A stretch of DNA of 64,000 nt from an uncultured Phycisphaerales bacterium (GCA_963718665.1 OY970359.1:1-64000); one strand, 5' to 3'; positions 47,908 to 57,541 are shown, counted from the stretch's first letter. Translations and numbers: made by a program. Notes: generated by a model from the letters alone, not told the origin.

Positions 47908-49671
47908 TTATGAGCAGAGGTTTCGCACGGCGGTAACACAATCCGGGGAATCGTTTTTCGGGTAGCGTTTCTGCATAGCCGCGGCGACAAGCCCCACAAA
48001 CATTGGCTGGGGACGCAATGGGCGGGAGGTCAGGCAGGGATGCGCCTGGGTTCCCACGAAATAGGGATGCTGTGGCAATTCGAGGATTTGCATAATGGGT
48101 TGTCCCGGAGCTTTGCCTGAAAAAACAAGGCCTGCTTTTTCGAAGGTTTCAATATATCGCGGCGCGACTTCGTAGCGGTGCCTGAAACGCATTCGGACGG
48201 TGTGTGCCTTCGCGAACAACTGCCAGGCAAAGGTATCCGGTTTAAGCTCGATATCGAAACCGCCGAGGCGCATATTGCCGCCGAGGCCTTCGATTTTTAA
48301 TTGCTCCGGGAGATAATCGATAACGGGGTTCTCGCAATCCTTGTCAATTTCGGTGCTGTTTGCGCCTGCTAATCCGCAGACGTTGCGGGCGAATTCGATT
48401 ACGGCCATCTGGAAGCCGAAGCATATACCGAGATATGGTAAATTATTTTCGCGGGCGTGTTTGACGCAGCAGATTTTGCCCTCCGCGCCGCGTGTGCCGA
48501 AACCGCCGGGGACGATAATGCCATCGACATCGGCAAGATGCTGGGCCACGTTGGTATCACTGATGCCGGTTGTCTCAATCCATTTGATATCCACCTTTGC
48601 ACCAAGCGCGATGCCGGCGTGTTCGAGCGAGTTAATAATTGAGGCGTAGCTGTCGCGGACAGAAGTATATTTACCGGTGATTGCGATTGTAACGGGCTTT
48701 TGTGCGGTGTCGATTCTGTCGGTGAAATCGCACCACTGCGCCCAACTTTTGCGTTCGTGGCGAAGATTAAGGCGGTCCTCGATTTTCAAGAGACGCGCGA
48801 CCTCGAAATCAAGCCCCTTGTCGCGCAGCATAGCCGGTATCGTATAAATACTGGCGGAATCGTGCAGGGAGATGACCCGTTCGAAGGGAACATTACTATA
48901 GACGCTGATTTTCTGGCGGACGGTATCGGTAACAGGACTCGTGGCCCGGCAGGCGATTATGTCGGGTTGCACCCCAAGCTGCATCAACTGCTTGATTCCA
49001 AGTTGTGCGGCCTTCGATTTCTGCTCGCCCAATGTCTGCGGCTCAAGAATATACGTCAGCGCGACAAAGCAGGCGCTGTTCGGGCCTTCCTCGTAGGCCA
49101 GCTCGCGCATCGCCTCGATGAAATACGCGTTTTCGAGGTCGCCCACTGTGCCACCTATTTCGACGAATACAATATCCGCGTTTGTTTTCATCGCGAGATT
49201 TCGCAGGCGTAATTTTACTTCGCCCGTAACGTGCGGAATCATCTGGACGTCCCTGCCAAGGTAATCGCCGTGGCGTTCCTTGTTGAGGACGTCGCTGAAA
49301 ATCTGCCCCGACGTGCAGAAGTTCGCCCTGCTCAAATCCTGGTCGAGCATACGCTCGTATGTGCCGAGGTCCATATCACATTCCATACCGTCGTCGAGGA
49401 CAAAAACCTCGCCATGGCGGAACGGATTGAGAGTGCCTGAATCTATATTAAGATAACCTTCGAGCTTGATGGGGGCGATTTTAAGCCCCTTATCCTGCAT
49501 AAGCTTTGCAAGGCAGGATGAGAAGATGCCTTTGCCTAAGCCGCTCATCACTGTTCCCATAACGAAGAGGTATTTCGTCTTGCCGGGCTTATAGCCGGGA
49601 GGCATAGGCGAGAAAAATTCGCTGTCGGTTGATGTTTTACTTACCGATGTCAACAGTTCACTATCCTTCAT
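47908..49671 (-). CDS. pyrG: CTP synthase
   Basis: SGLGKG, HGEVFVLDDG, EIGGTVGD, VPGGFGTRG, GICFGFQ, RFRHRYE. Confidence 0.97.
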   Translation of the reverse strand: MKDSELLTSVSKTSTDSEFFSPMPPGYKPGKTKYLFVMGTVMSGLGKGIFSSCLAKLMQDKGLKIAPIKLEGYLNIDSGTLNPFRHGEVFVLDDGMECDMDLGTYERMLDQDLSRANFCTSGQIFSDVLNKERHGDYLGRDVQMIPHVTGEVKLRLRNLAMKTNADIVFVEIGGTVGDLENAYFIEAMRELAYEEGPNSACFVALTYILEPQTLGEQKSKAAQLGIKQLMQLGVQPDIIACRATSPVTDTVRQKISVYSNVPFERVISLHDSASIYTIPAMLRDKGLDFEVARLLKIEDRLNLRHERKSWAQWCDFTDRIDTAQKPVTIAITGKYTSVRDSYASIINSLEHAGIALGAKVDIKWIETTGISDTNVAQHLADVDGIIVPGGFGTRGAEGKICCVKHARENNLPYLGICFGFQMAVIEFARNVCGLAGANSTEIDKDCENPVIDYLPEQLKIEGLGGNMRLGGFDIELKPDTFAWQLFAKAHTVRMRFRHRYEVAPRYIETFEKAGLVFSGKAPGQPIMQILELPQHPYFVGTQAHPCLTSRPLRPQPMFVGLVAAAMQKRYPKNDSPDCVTAVRNLCS

Positions 49672-49682
49672 AAATCACCCTT

Positions 49683-50604
49683 GCCACAGAGATTATTTAT
49701 TTTTTAGCCACAGAGGTCACAGAGCACACAGAGATAATTTTTTCATATTTAGAGTCAACTATCTATTTCAGAAACAATTCCCGCAAAGCTAACGTCTCCA
49801 TAAGACTCGGTTCTGAGTCGAAGAGCGAATACGCTGTGATGTTCATTGAGTCTAATTTTTTAAGCACCTTTTGCCTTTCTGATGCGGGGATATCATACTT
49901 AATCAGAGCACCTTCTTCATCTCCCTCGACATCTTCATGGTTAGCAAAATATGTCTCCTTGTTTTCTACACCAACACAAATTGAATACTCGCTTTGCTGT
50001 AAATAATGTTTGTAATCAGTTGCTATGGTATGGCCTAAAGGATATATACGCGGTTCATCTCCATACTGACAATTCCACAGCCCACAAAAAATGGATATAT
50101 ATTCTGCTTTGGAATATATATCCCTAAAAGCAAAGAAAGCGGCTATGTACGCGGATTTAGTCCAATCTATTAAAGGACTAGGAAACCCATTGTGCCTTAA
50201 GTATGCCATAAATTCATAAGTCGATAATGGTAATTCAAAATCTCCGAGGTGTATCGTTGAGACCGCTGTTTCAATATCCCATTTCCTACCGGTGCACGTA
50301 GCAACGTGTTTACAAACAATTTTTAATATTCTTTGGTACTCGGAAAACTTAACCTTCTTTTTTATTCTATCGAGGGTCGATTCCAGATGATATTCCGAAT
50401 CGCTTACTCCTCTGAAAAGAGGAAAGAATTTACAACCATATTTTTCATAGAGTTGCTTCGTCTTATCATTTATATCAACCAAGGCCTGTTCAAATTCTTC
50501 CCAAGATTTGAATACTTTATTTTCCATAGTATTGTCCGTTTTACAGCTAAAATCTTTTTTCTATGTGCTCTCTGTGGCTAAAAATCATTTATTTCCTCTG
50601 TGGC
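49683..50604. mobile_element. FRG gene cassette bracketed by nested inverted repeats
   Basis: GCCACAGAG (49683) / CTCTGTGGC (50596), and TTTTTAGCCACAGAG (49701) / CTCTGTGGCTAAAAA (50570); AT-rich cargo; no transposase. Confidence 0.6.
49763..50527 (-). CDS. FRG domain-containing protein
   Basis: LFRGVSD, LESTLDR, LRHNGFPSPLIDWTKSAYIAAFFAF, QQS, LDSMNITAYSLF. Confidence 0.92.
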   Translation of the reverse strand: MENKVFKSWEEFEQALVDINDKTKQLYEKYGCKFFPLFRGVSDSEYHLESTLDRIKKKVKFSEYQRILKIVCKHVATCTGRKWDIETAVSTIHLGDFELPLSTYEFMAYLRHNGFPSPLIDWTKSAYIAAFFAFRDIYSKAEYISIFCGLWNCQYGDEPRIYPLGHTIATDYKHYLQQSEYSICVGVENKETYFANHEDVEGDEEGALIKYDIPASERQKVLKKLDSMNITAYSLFDSEPSLMETLALRELFLK

Positions 50605-51385
50605 TGTATCGTTTAACGAATTCCGCGTATTGTTCAGGGGTGTCGATGCCGGCGCAGGTGTGTTTTACCTTTGCGACAAGTATATCGAAGCCGTTTTCAG
50701 TAGCACGCAATTGTTCGAGTTTTTCTAATTTTTCCAAAGGCGTCTGCGGCAGTTTTGTTATTTTCAGCAAAAAATCCCCGCGATAAGCATATATGCCGAT
50801 ATGACGCAGATAATTCTTTATTTCGCCTATCCCTCCCTGCTGACGGTCGTATGGAATGACGGAACGGGAGAAATAAATCGCTTTATAGATACTCGATACT
50901 CGATTCTCGATATTCGTAACGACAACCTTTACAAGGTTCGGGTCGGCAACTTGTTCTTTCGTCTCGAAATCGGCAACCAGCGTTGCCATTTGGCATTTGG
51001 GATTATCAACAAGCAGCTTTGCGACGGTATCGATATTCGTGGGGTCGATTTCCGGCTCGTCGCCCTGCAGGTTTACAACAATGTCGTCAGCGTTCAGCGG
51101 ATAGCGTTCAGCGGACAGTTCCTGGATTGCTTCGGCTATACGGTCTGTGCCGCTTGGGCAATCAGGGTTAGTCATAATACATTCGGCACCGAAGGATTTC
51201 GCGGCCTGGGCGATTCGCTTGTCGTCCGCGGCGATGATTACCCTGTCTGGTAATTTGGCGAGTTTGGCCTGCTCGTAAACGTGCTGGATGAGAAATTTGC
51301 CGGTATCTTTGGCGAGAACTTTGGCCGGGAATCTTGTGGACCCGTAACGTGCTGGAATACAAACTATGATTTTCGGTTTTGGCAT
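50585..51385 (-). CDS. kdsB: CMP-Kdo synthetase (3-deoxy-manno-octulosonate cytidylyltransferase)
   Basis: IPARYGSTRFPAK, SGTDR, VNLQGDEP, YFSRSVIP, HIGIYAY, EKLEQLR, GIDTPE. Confidence 0.95.
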   Translation of the reverse strand: MPKPKIIVCIPARYGSTRFPAKVLAKDTGKFLIQHVYEQAKLAKLPDRVIIAADDKRIAQAAKSFGAECIMTNPDCPSGTDRIAEAIQELSAERYPLNADDIVVNLQGDEPEIDPTNIDTVAKLLVDNPKCQMATLVADFETKEQVADPNLVKVVVTNIENRVSSIYKAIYFSRSVIPYDRQQGGIGEIKNYLRHIGIYAYRGDFLLKITKLPQTPLEKLEKLEQLRATENGFDILVAKVKHTCAGIDTPEQYAEFVKRYSHRGNK

Positions 51386-51593
51386 TGCCAGTAGTTTTTT
51401 TTCCAAACTACAGCTACAGTATATTACCAGCATCACTCGTTGATGTCAAGACAGGCAAGTTAAAAATTTGTGAGAATATTTAAGAAAGAGCGGACGGATA
51501 AAAAATGCTTTACAAGCCGCGGATTAGGTGAAGAATAAACAGGCAGGTAATAAATTCGGATTCACGAATGACAAACAGTTAGGAGAGCAGAAT

Positions 51594-52550
51594 ATGAAGA
51601 AAATTTTGCCGGTTGTCATACTTGTGATAGTTGCAGCGGCTCTTATCGGGATAGGGATTTCCAACAAGGGCAAAGGGAAAGGCAAATTGCAGATTGCGGT
51701 AATCCCCAAGGGAACGACGCACGTCTTCTGGCAATCGATACATCGCGGGGCGTTGAAAGCGGCGGAAGAATCGGGAGCAGAGGTTTTCTGGAACGGCCCT
51801 GACCGGGAAGGCGACAGGGAAAAGGAAATTCAGATTGTCGAGGACTTTCTCACGCGGAAGGTATCCGGGATAGTGCTCGCCCCGAATGACGACAAAGCGC
51901 TTGTGCCCGTTGTTGAAAAAGTGGCGGCAAGCGGCATACCATGTGTGATTATCGACTCGGCCATCCAGACGGATAAATACGTTTCGTTCGTCGCGACAGA
52001 TAATTACCAAGGCGGCGTTATGGCGGCCAAAAGAATGGGCGAGATTCTCGCCGGCAAGGGAAGAGTTATTGTGATAAAGTACGCACCCGGCTCGGCCTCA
52101 ACTACCGAAAGGGAAAACGGCTTTATGGACACCATCAAAAAAGATTTTCCGGATATTACGGTTGTCGATAGCAAGTACGGGCTGGATACGGTAGAAACAT
52201 CGCTTCAGGCAACGGAGGACTTGATGACCAAGAACACATCGCTGGACGGGCTTTTCGCGTGCAATGAATCGACGGCGACAGGCGCGATTAGGGCGCTGCA
52301 AAGTGCAGGCCGGGCGGGAAAAGTCAAAATGGTGGGTTTTGACGCGGGAACGTTGTTAATTGAATCGCTGAGAAAAGGCGATATCGATTCGCTCGTCGTG
52401 CAGAATCCTTATAAGATGGGTTACGAAGGCGTAAAATGCGTAATCGACAAGATAAAAGGCAAAGAAGTTCCGAGGCGAATTGATACAGGAGTAAAACTGA
52501 TAACCAAAGAAAATATCGACACGCCGGAGATTCAGGCATTATTGAAATAG
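51594..52550 (+). CDS. Sugar ABC transporter substrate-binding protein (RbsB-like)
   Basis: IAVIPKGTTHVFW, VATDNYQGG, VGFD, VVQNPYKMGY; AGGAG SD. Confidence 0.9.
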   Translation: MKKILPVVILVIVAAALIGIGISNKGKGKGKLQIAVIPKGTTHVFWQSIHRGALKAAEESGAEVFWNGPDREGDREKEIQIVEDFLTRKVSGIVLAPNDDKALVPVVEKVAASGIPCVIIDSAIQTDKYVSFVATDNYQGGVMAAKRMGEILAGKGRVIVIKYAPGSASTTERENGFMDTIKKDFPDITVVDSKYGLDTVETSLQATEDLMTKNTSLDGLFACNESTATGAIRALQSAGRAGKVKMVGFDAGTLLIESLRKGDIDSLVVQNPYKMGYEGVKCVIDKIKGKEVPRRIDTGVKLITKENIDTPEIQALLK

Positions 52551-52591
52551 CGAGCAAAACTGTTGATGGTAAAGCCCCCCCTGCTATTGTA

Positions 52592-54135
52592 ATGAAGGGG
52601 ATATCGAAGCGATTTGGGCCGGTGCAGGCATCAGCGAGGTTGACCTGACGGTTGCCAGGGGGAAAGTTCACGCCCTTGTAGGCGAAAACGGCGCTGGCAA
52701 ATCTACGCTGATGAAAATTCTCGCCGGCGTGCACAAGCCCGACAGCGGGACAATCGAAATAGCAGGTCATCCCAGCGAATTTGCCGAGCCGCAAGAGGCG
52801 ATTGAGGCGGGTATATCGATGATATACCAGGAGCTTGACCTCGCGGAGCATTTGACGGTTGCGGAAAACGTATTTCTCGGCCACGAACCGGCGGGAAGGA
52901 TACCGTTTACCATTGACCGAAAAGCGATGGTAAGCAGGACCGCAGAGCTGGCCCGGAGAATGAACTTCGATATCGACCCGACAAGCATAGTGAAGGATTT
53001 ATCGACCGGCGATTGTCAGATTGTCGAGGTCCTCAAGGCGCTGATGCGCAACGCGTCGATAATCGCCATGGACGAGCCAACATCGTCATTGTCGGAGAAA
53101 GGCACACAACGATTATTCCAGGTGGTCAGAGAACTGCGAGAACAGGGCATATCAATCATTTACATTTCGCATCGGCTGGAGGAAATCACAGGTCTTGCGG
53201 ACGATATCACCGTGCTGCGAGACGGCCGTGTCGTGCAGAGCGATTCAGCGAAGAAAATGGACATCCCGCAGATAGTGCGATATATGGTCGGCAGAGAGCT
53301 TACGGACCTGTTTCCGGGACGAAATGTAAAACTCGGCGATACTTGCGTAAAAGTGGAAAACCTTTCCTCGGCACAACACATAACGGATGTTTCTTTCGAT
53401 ATACGGGCAGGTGAGATTGTCGGAATGGCGGGACTTGTCGGGGCAGGCAGGACAGAAGTCGCCGAAACCATATTCGGCGTCGAACCAAAAATCACCGGCA
53501 GGATTGTTATCGACGACAAGGAAATAACAATAAAACGCCCCGCCGATGCGATAAACAACGGCATCGCTTTGCTTACAGAAGACCGCAAACGAACTGGTTT
53601 GTGTTTACAGTTACCCTGCGGCTGGAATATAACGCTGCCGAATCTCAAAGGAATCGGTATGGACAAGGTTATCAGCCCGAATAAGGAGAACAAAATCGCT
53701 GCGGAAATTGCCGGCCGCATAGGTATTAAATGGCTCGGACCTCAGTCGCCCGCGGAATCATTATCAGGCGGAAATCAGCAGAAGGTCCTGATTGCGAGAT
53801 GGCTTTTGGCTAAATCAAAATTTATGATTTTTGATGAACCGACACGTGGAATTGACGTTGGAGCGAAAAAAGAAGTTTATTCGCTTTTGAATCAACTCGC
53901 CGAACAGGGCAAGGCGATATTATTCATATCCTCGGAACTGCCTGAGCTTTTCGGGATAGCGGACAGGATTCTGGTTATGAGGCGTGGTCGGCTGGTGGGT
54001 AATTTGAAAAAAAGCGAAACTACACAGGAAGCAGTTATGCATCTTGCCGCCGTAGACCCCGTTGGAAAATATGCGACCGGAACGACTGAAAACCATCAGG
54101 AGAACATGTTTTCCAACGGGGTGGAAGGAAACTAA
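52592..54135 (+). CDS. Sugar ABC transporter ATP-binding protein (RbsA-like; apparent 1-nt deletion at about 52631)
   Basis: MKGISKRFGPVQA / SEVDL..GENGAGKSTLM; DEPTSSL; LSGGNQQKV; DEPTRGIDVGAK. Confidence 0.9.
54056..54122. repeat. Palindromic element of the ACCCCGT...ACGGGGT family, copy 3, inside a CDS
   Basis: ACCCCGTTGGAAAA / TTTTCCAACGGGGT, a perfect 14-bp inverted repeat. Confidence 0.8.
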
Positions 54136-55071
54136 ATGGGAAAATTAATAAGACAGTTGCTGCCGTTCGGAAGTTTAATGCTGATAGTGTGTATTCTCGC
54201 AGCATTGAGGCCGGACACTTTTTTAACGATGGATAATTTTCTCAACGTGCTGAGACGTTCGAGCGTTTACGGGATAGTCGCTATCGGGATGACCTTTGTG
54301 ATTATATCGGGCGGCATCGACCTGTCGGTTGGTTCGATGCTGGCGGTATGCGGTATGATTGGCGCATGGGTAATTGGAACAACAGGCAGTGTCGCGGGCA
54401 CAATCGCGGGTGCCGCCGCCGGGTTACTCAGCGGGTTAGCCAACGGATTACTGATAACCAAGTTTCGTCTTCAGCCCTTTATAGCAACACTGGGGACAAT
54501 GAGTTTTTTCAGGGGAGTCGCCCTTGTAATGAAGGATGGCCAGCCGATTAACGTCCCCGATTACAAGTATCTCGGCGAGGGAGTGATAATGGGGGCGCCG
54601 GTCTCGGTGCTGATTTTCGCGGCGGTCATAATCATAGCGATACTCATTCTCAAATACACGCCACTGGGACGTTATACTTACGCCATCGGCTCAAACCGCG
54701 AGGCAGCGTTTCATGCGGGTGTAAGAGTGGAAAAGAACCTCACCTGGATATATACTATAGTCGGCCTGCTGGTTGGTATAGCGTCGATGATTCAGGTAAG
54801 CAGAACAGTATCGGCGCAGCCCACGGCGGGACTCGGAGTCGAGCTTGACGTAATCGCCGCGGTTGTTATTGGAGGAGCAAGTTTGTCGGGCGGACAGGGA
54901 ACGATAACCGGAACAATCATAGGAACACTATTGATAAGCTTTTTACGAAATGGCTGCACCCTGCTCGGTATATCGACCAACGCCCAATTGATTGTTATAG
55001 GTATGATTATCGTCATAGCGGTCGCGGTTGACCAGTTGGCGCAGGCCCGGACGAAAAAAGCCGGGATTTAA
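54136..55071 (+). CDS. Sugar ABC transporter permease (RbsC-like)
   Basis: GGIDLSVGS, PFIATLG, YAIGSNREAA, ELDVIAAVVIGGASLSGG. Confidence 0.93.
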   Translation: MGKLIRQLLPFGSLMLIVCILAALRPDTFLTMDNFLNVLRRSSVYGIVAIGMTFVIISGGIDLSVGSMLAVCGMIGAWVIGTTGSVAGTIAGAAAGLLSGLANGLLITKFRLQPFIATLGTMSFFRGVALVMKDGQPINVPDYKYLGEGVIMGAPVSVLIFAAVIIIAILILKYTPLGRYTYAIGSNREAAFHAGVRVEKNLTWIYTIVGLLVGIASMIQVSRTVSAQPTAGLGVELDVIAAVVIGGASLSGGQGTITGTIIGTLLISFLRNGCTLLGISTNAQLIVIGMIIVIAVAVDQLAQARTKKAGI

Positions 55072-55107
55072 TGGTGATATAATAAGCCGGAAAGGTTGGA
55101 ACGAAAT

Positions 55108-55533
55108 ATGCTTAAAAATATACCGGAAGTGATTTCTCCTGAGCTTATGAAGGTGCTTATGGAGATGGGACACGATGACGAGATTGTTCTGGCGGACGGC
55201 AATTTTCCCGCCGCAAGTGTCGCGAATAAACTTATCAGGTGCGAGGGTTACGGCGTTCCAGAAATCCTGGAAGCTGTCCTGAAATTTCTGCCGCTCGACC
55301 AATACGTTGAACACCCCGTTGCGTTAATGGCGGTTGTGCCGGGAGACAAAACAAAACCGACCATCTGGGAGGAATACCGCAAAATCATCAAAGCGAGCGG
55401 CGAAAAATTCTCTGATTTTGAGTTCGTCGAAAGATTCGCGTTTTACGAAAGAGCCAAAAAGGCCTACGCGGTAGTCGCCAGCGGTGAAAAGGCCCTGTAC
55501 GCGAATATAATTCTTAAAAAAGGCGTTTTATAA
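55108..55533 (+). CDS. fucU: RbsD/FucU family mutarotase
   Basis: MLKNIP..SPELMK..EMGHDDEIVLADGNFP..ERFAFYERAK..GEKALYANIILKKGV. Confidence 0.88.
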   Translation: MLKNIPEVISPELMKVLMEMGHDDEIVLADGNFPAASVANKLIRCEGYGVPEILEAVLKFLPLDQYVEHPVALMAVVPGDKTKPTIWEEYRKIIKASGEKFSDFEFVERFAFYERAKKAYAVVASGEKALYANIILKKGVL

Positions 55534-55564
55534 TACTATACCGAATTATCAGGGAGATTTGACA

Positions 55565-57259
55565 ATGGCAAAGAGAATCGAAGCAGCGAAACTGCCGGGG
55601 ACAAAGGGCGAGCCGAAAGTTCCGGTAATAGGAGTTTTCGCGACCGGCGACCCAAGGATAGACGAAGCAAGCCGACAGCGATGTCAGAATATCGTAAAAA
55701 TGACGGCCGATACCATAAGCGGCAAGGTGGTCCTGCCCGACAAAAAGCCGGTGCATGTTGTTTACTCAACGATATTAGTCGATGGCGAAAAACAGGCGGA
55801 CATCGTCGCGGAGCAATTCCGCAAAGCCGGCGTCGATATACTGGTTTGCGTCCCCGATACATGGGCTTTCCCGCAGCTTACGGGCATTTCACTTTTGCAG
55901 CAGTTCCCCGCAAATACGCCGATAAACATCACCTGCGGCAATAGCGGGCCAAGACCCGGCGTCGTTTACGCGCACGCTCTCAACGGCGCAATCAGCCAAT
56001 ACGGACGATTATGCACTCTCAACGTCGGCAACTGGCCCGATACGGGGACAAATCCCAAAATGAGCGCAGAGACAGCCAAATGGCTCATCGACTGGTGCTA
56101 TGCCGCCGTGACCGCAGTGGGATTACGCGGCAGACGAGTCGTGATTTTCGGCCACGACTCAATGGGAATGGAAACCGCCCTTGCGCATATACTGCCGACG
56201 AGGAACACCTTCGGAATCGAGATTACCCGATTAGATATGAAACTTCTCGCGGATATGCTCCGCAAAGAGGCATACGACAAGAAAGAATTAAAATCGCTTC
56301 GGGGATGGATAAATAGATACGTTGGCGACCGTCTTCAGTTGCGAGACGAAGATGACAACACGCGCTTCAATCTCAGTTTGGCGATGTATCTGATTGTCCG
56401 CGATATTATGGCAGACCTCAACGCCGTAGGCGGCGGGTTTATGAGCCAGCTCGAATGGGGAAGCGACAAACGAGGACTTCCGCTGCCCGTGGCCGACGCG
56501 ATGGAATCATTGTTTAACAGCACCTTCGACAACACGGGACGTAAAGCCCCCCTGCCTTATGCGACCGAAGCCGACGTGCAGGGGCTTTTGACGATGCTGT
56601 TTATGACATACCTGTCTGGAGGCAATCCGCCACTGTTTATGGACTTCAGAAAGGTCTGGGAAGCATGGGAAATTAAAGAGTTGGCTGCGAAAATCGACCT
56701 GACAAATCTCGATGAAACGGCGGACTGGTTCAACAAGGGTCTTGTCGATGGGGACAATTCAGGAAGCGCGGCTTTTGACTGGTCGGCTAACCCTGGCGCA
56801 TCGGTAAAAGACATTATGGCGGGCATTCTTATGCCGCTGGCAGACCCTGGTTATTTCCCCGGCGGCGGCAACTCGGTAACGTTTATATCCCCCGCCGGCA
56901 TCGAAGGCATCGCGGGACGACTGGCTTTCAGCGGCGCAACCGGGTTATTCAGCTTGATTTGGGACCAGGCACAAACAACGGATGTGCCGTTAGAACTTGC
57001 CAAAGCGATGTGCAACCTGACAACGCCCACCTGGCCTCATACCTTTGTCGTGCCCAGGTTCGCCAGCATGCTCGAATACAAACAGTATGCCCCTGCCAAT
57101 CATTTTCATATGACCTGGAATTTGCCCGCGGCACGACTGCAATACTGGATGGACTTGACCGGCGTTTCGAGCGTTACCCCCTGGGCTGCAAGACCCAAAT
57201 TTATCGAAGGCATTGACCGCCCACAGCCATTGGTGCACTTGCTGAACGGCAAATTATGA
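55565..57259 (+). CDS. fucI: L-fucose/D-arabinose isomerase family protein
   Basis: RPGVVY, SMG, ATEAD, FMDFRKVW, NSGS, TWPHTF and ANHFH align with FucI motifs; adjacent fucU. Confidence 0.75.
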   Translation: MAKRIEAAKLPGTKGEPKVPVIGVFATGDPRIDEASRQRCQNIVKMTADTISGKVVLPDKKPVHVVYSTILVDGEKQADIVAEQFRKAGVDILVCVPDTWAFPQLTGISLLQQFPANTPINITCGNSGPRPGVVYAHALNGAISQYGRLCTLNVGNWPDTGTNPKMSAETAKWLIDWCYAAVTAVGLRGRRVVIFGHDSMGMETALAHILPTRNTFGIEITRLDMKLLADMLRKEAYDKKELKSLRGWINRYVGDRLQLRDEDDNTRFNLSLAMYLIVRDIMADLNAVGGGFMSQLEWGSDKRGLPLPVADAMESLFNSTFDNTGRKAPLPYATEADVQGLLTMLFMTYLSGGNPPLFMDFRKVWEAWEIKELAAKIDLTNLDETADWFNKGLVDGDNSGSAAFDWSANPGASVKDIMAGILMPLADPGYFPGGGNSVTFISPAGIEGIAGRLAFSGATGLFSLIWDQAQTTDVPLELAKAMCNLTTPTWPHTFVVPRFASMLEYKQYAPANHFHMTWNLPAARLQYWMDLTGVSSVTPWAARPKFIEGIDRPQPLVHLLNGKL

Positions 57260-57307
57260 GACCACAGCAATAAAACGCTTATTTCTTAAATTTTTCAAGA
57301 TTGGTCA

Positions 57308-57336
57308 TTGACAAAAAAAACAGAATGTGGTAAGAT
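57308..57336 (+). promoter_or_regulatory. sigma70 promoter of the trp operon
   Basis: TTGACA-17 nt-TAAGAT with TG just upstream of the -10. Confidence 0.82.
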
Positions 57337-57345
57337 GATATAATT

Positions 57346-57399
57346 ATGAAGCAGATTAACCGCAAAAAAGTTAATTTATGGTGGTGGCCTGTTGGATAA
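57346..57399 (+). CDS. trpL: trp leader peptide MKQINRKKVNLWWWPVG
   Basis: 17 codons with three tandem TGG, between the promoter and the attenuator hairpin. Confidence 0.9.
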   Translation: MKQINRKKVNLWWWPVG

Positions 57400-57458
57400 A
57401 TCCGATGGGCAGGCGGGAAATCTGCACTAAGAAAAAGCAATAAAACAAAGTTATTTAC

Positions 57459-57496
57459 GCGGCCTGTTGGATTAAAAACAACAGGCCGCTTTTTTT
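57459..57496 (+). terminator. trp attenuator terminator (3:4 hairpin)
   Basis: GCGGCCTGTTG-loop-CAACAGGCCGC-TTTTTTT. Confidence 0.9.
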
Positions 57497-57541
57497 ATGG
57501 CCGGATATAACCCAGATACTCATATAATAAGGACGCAAAAA

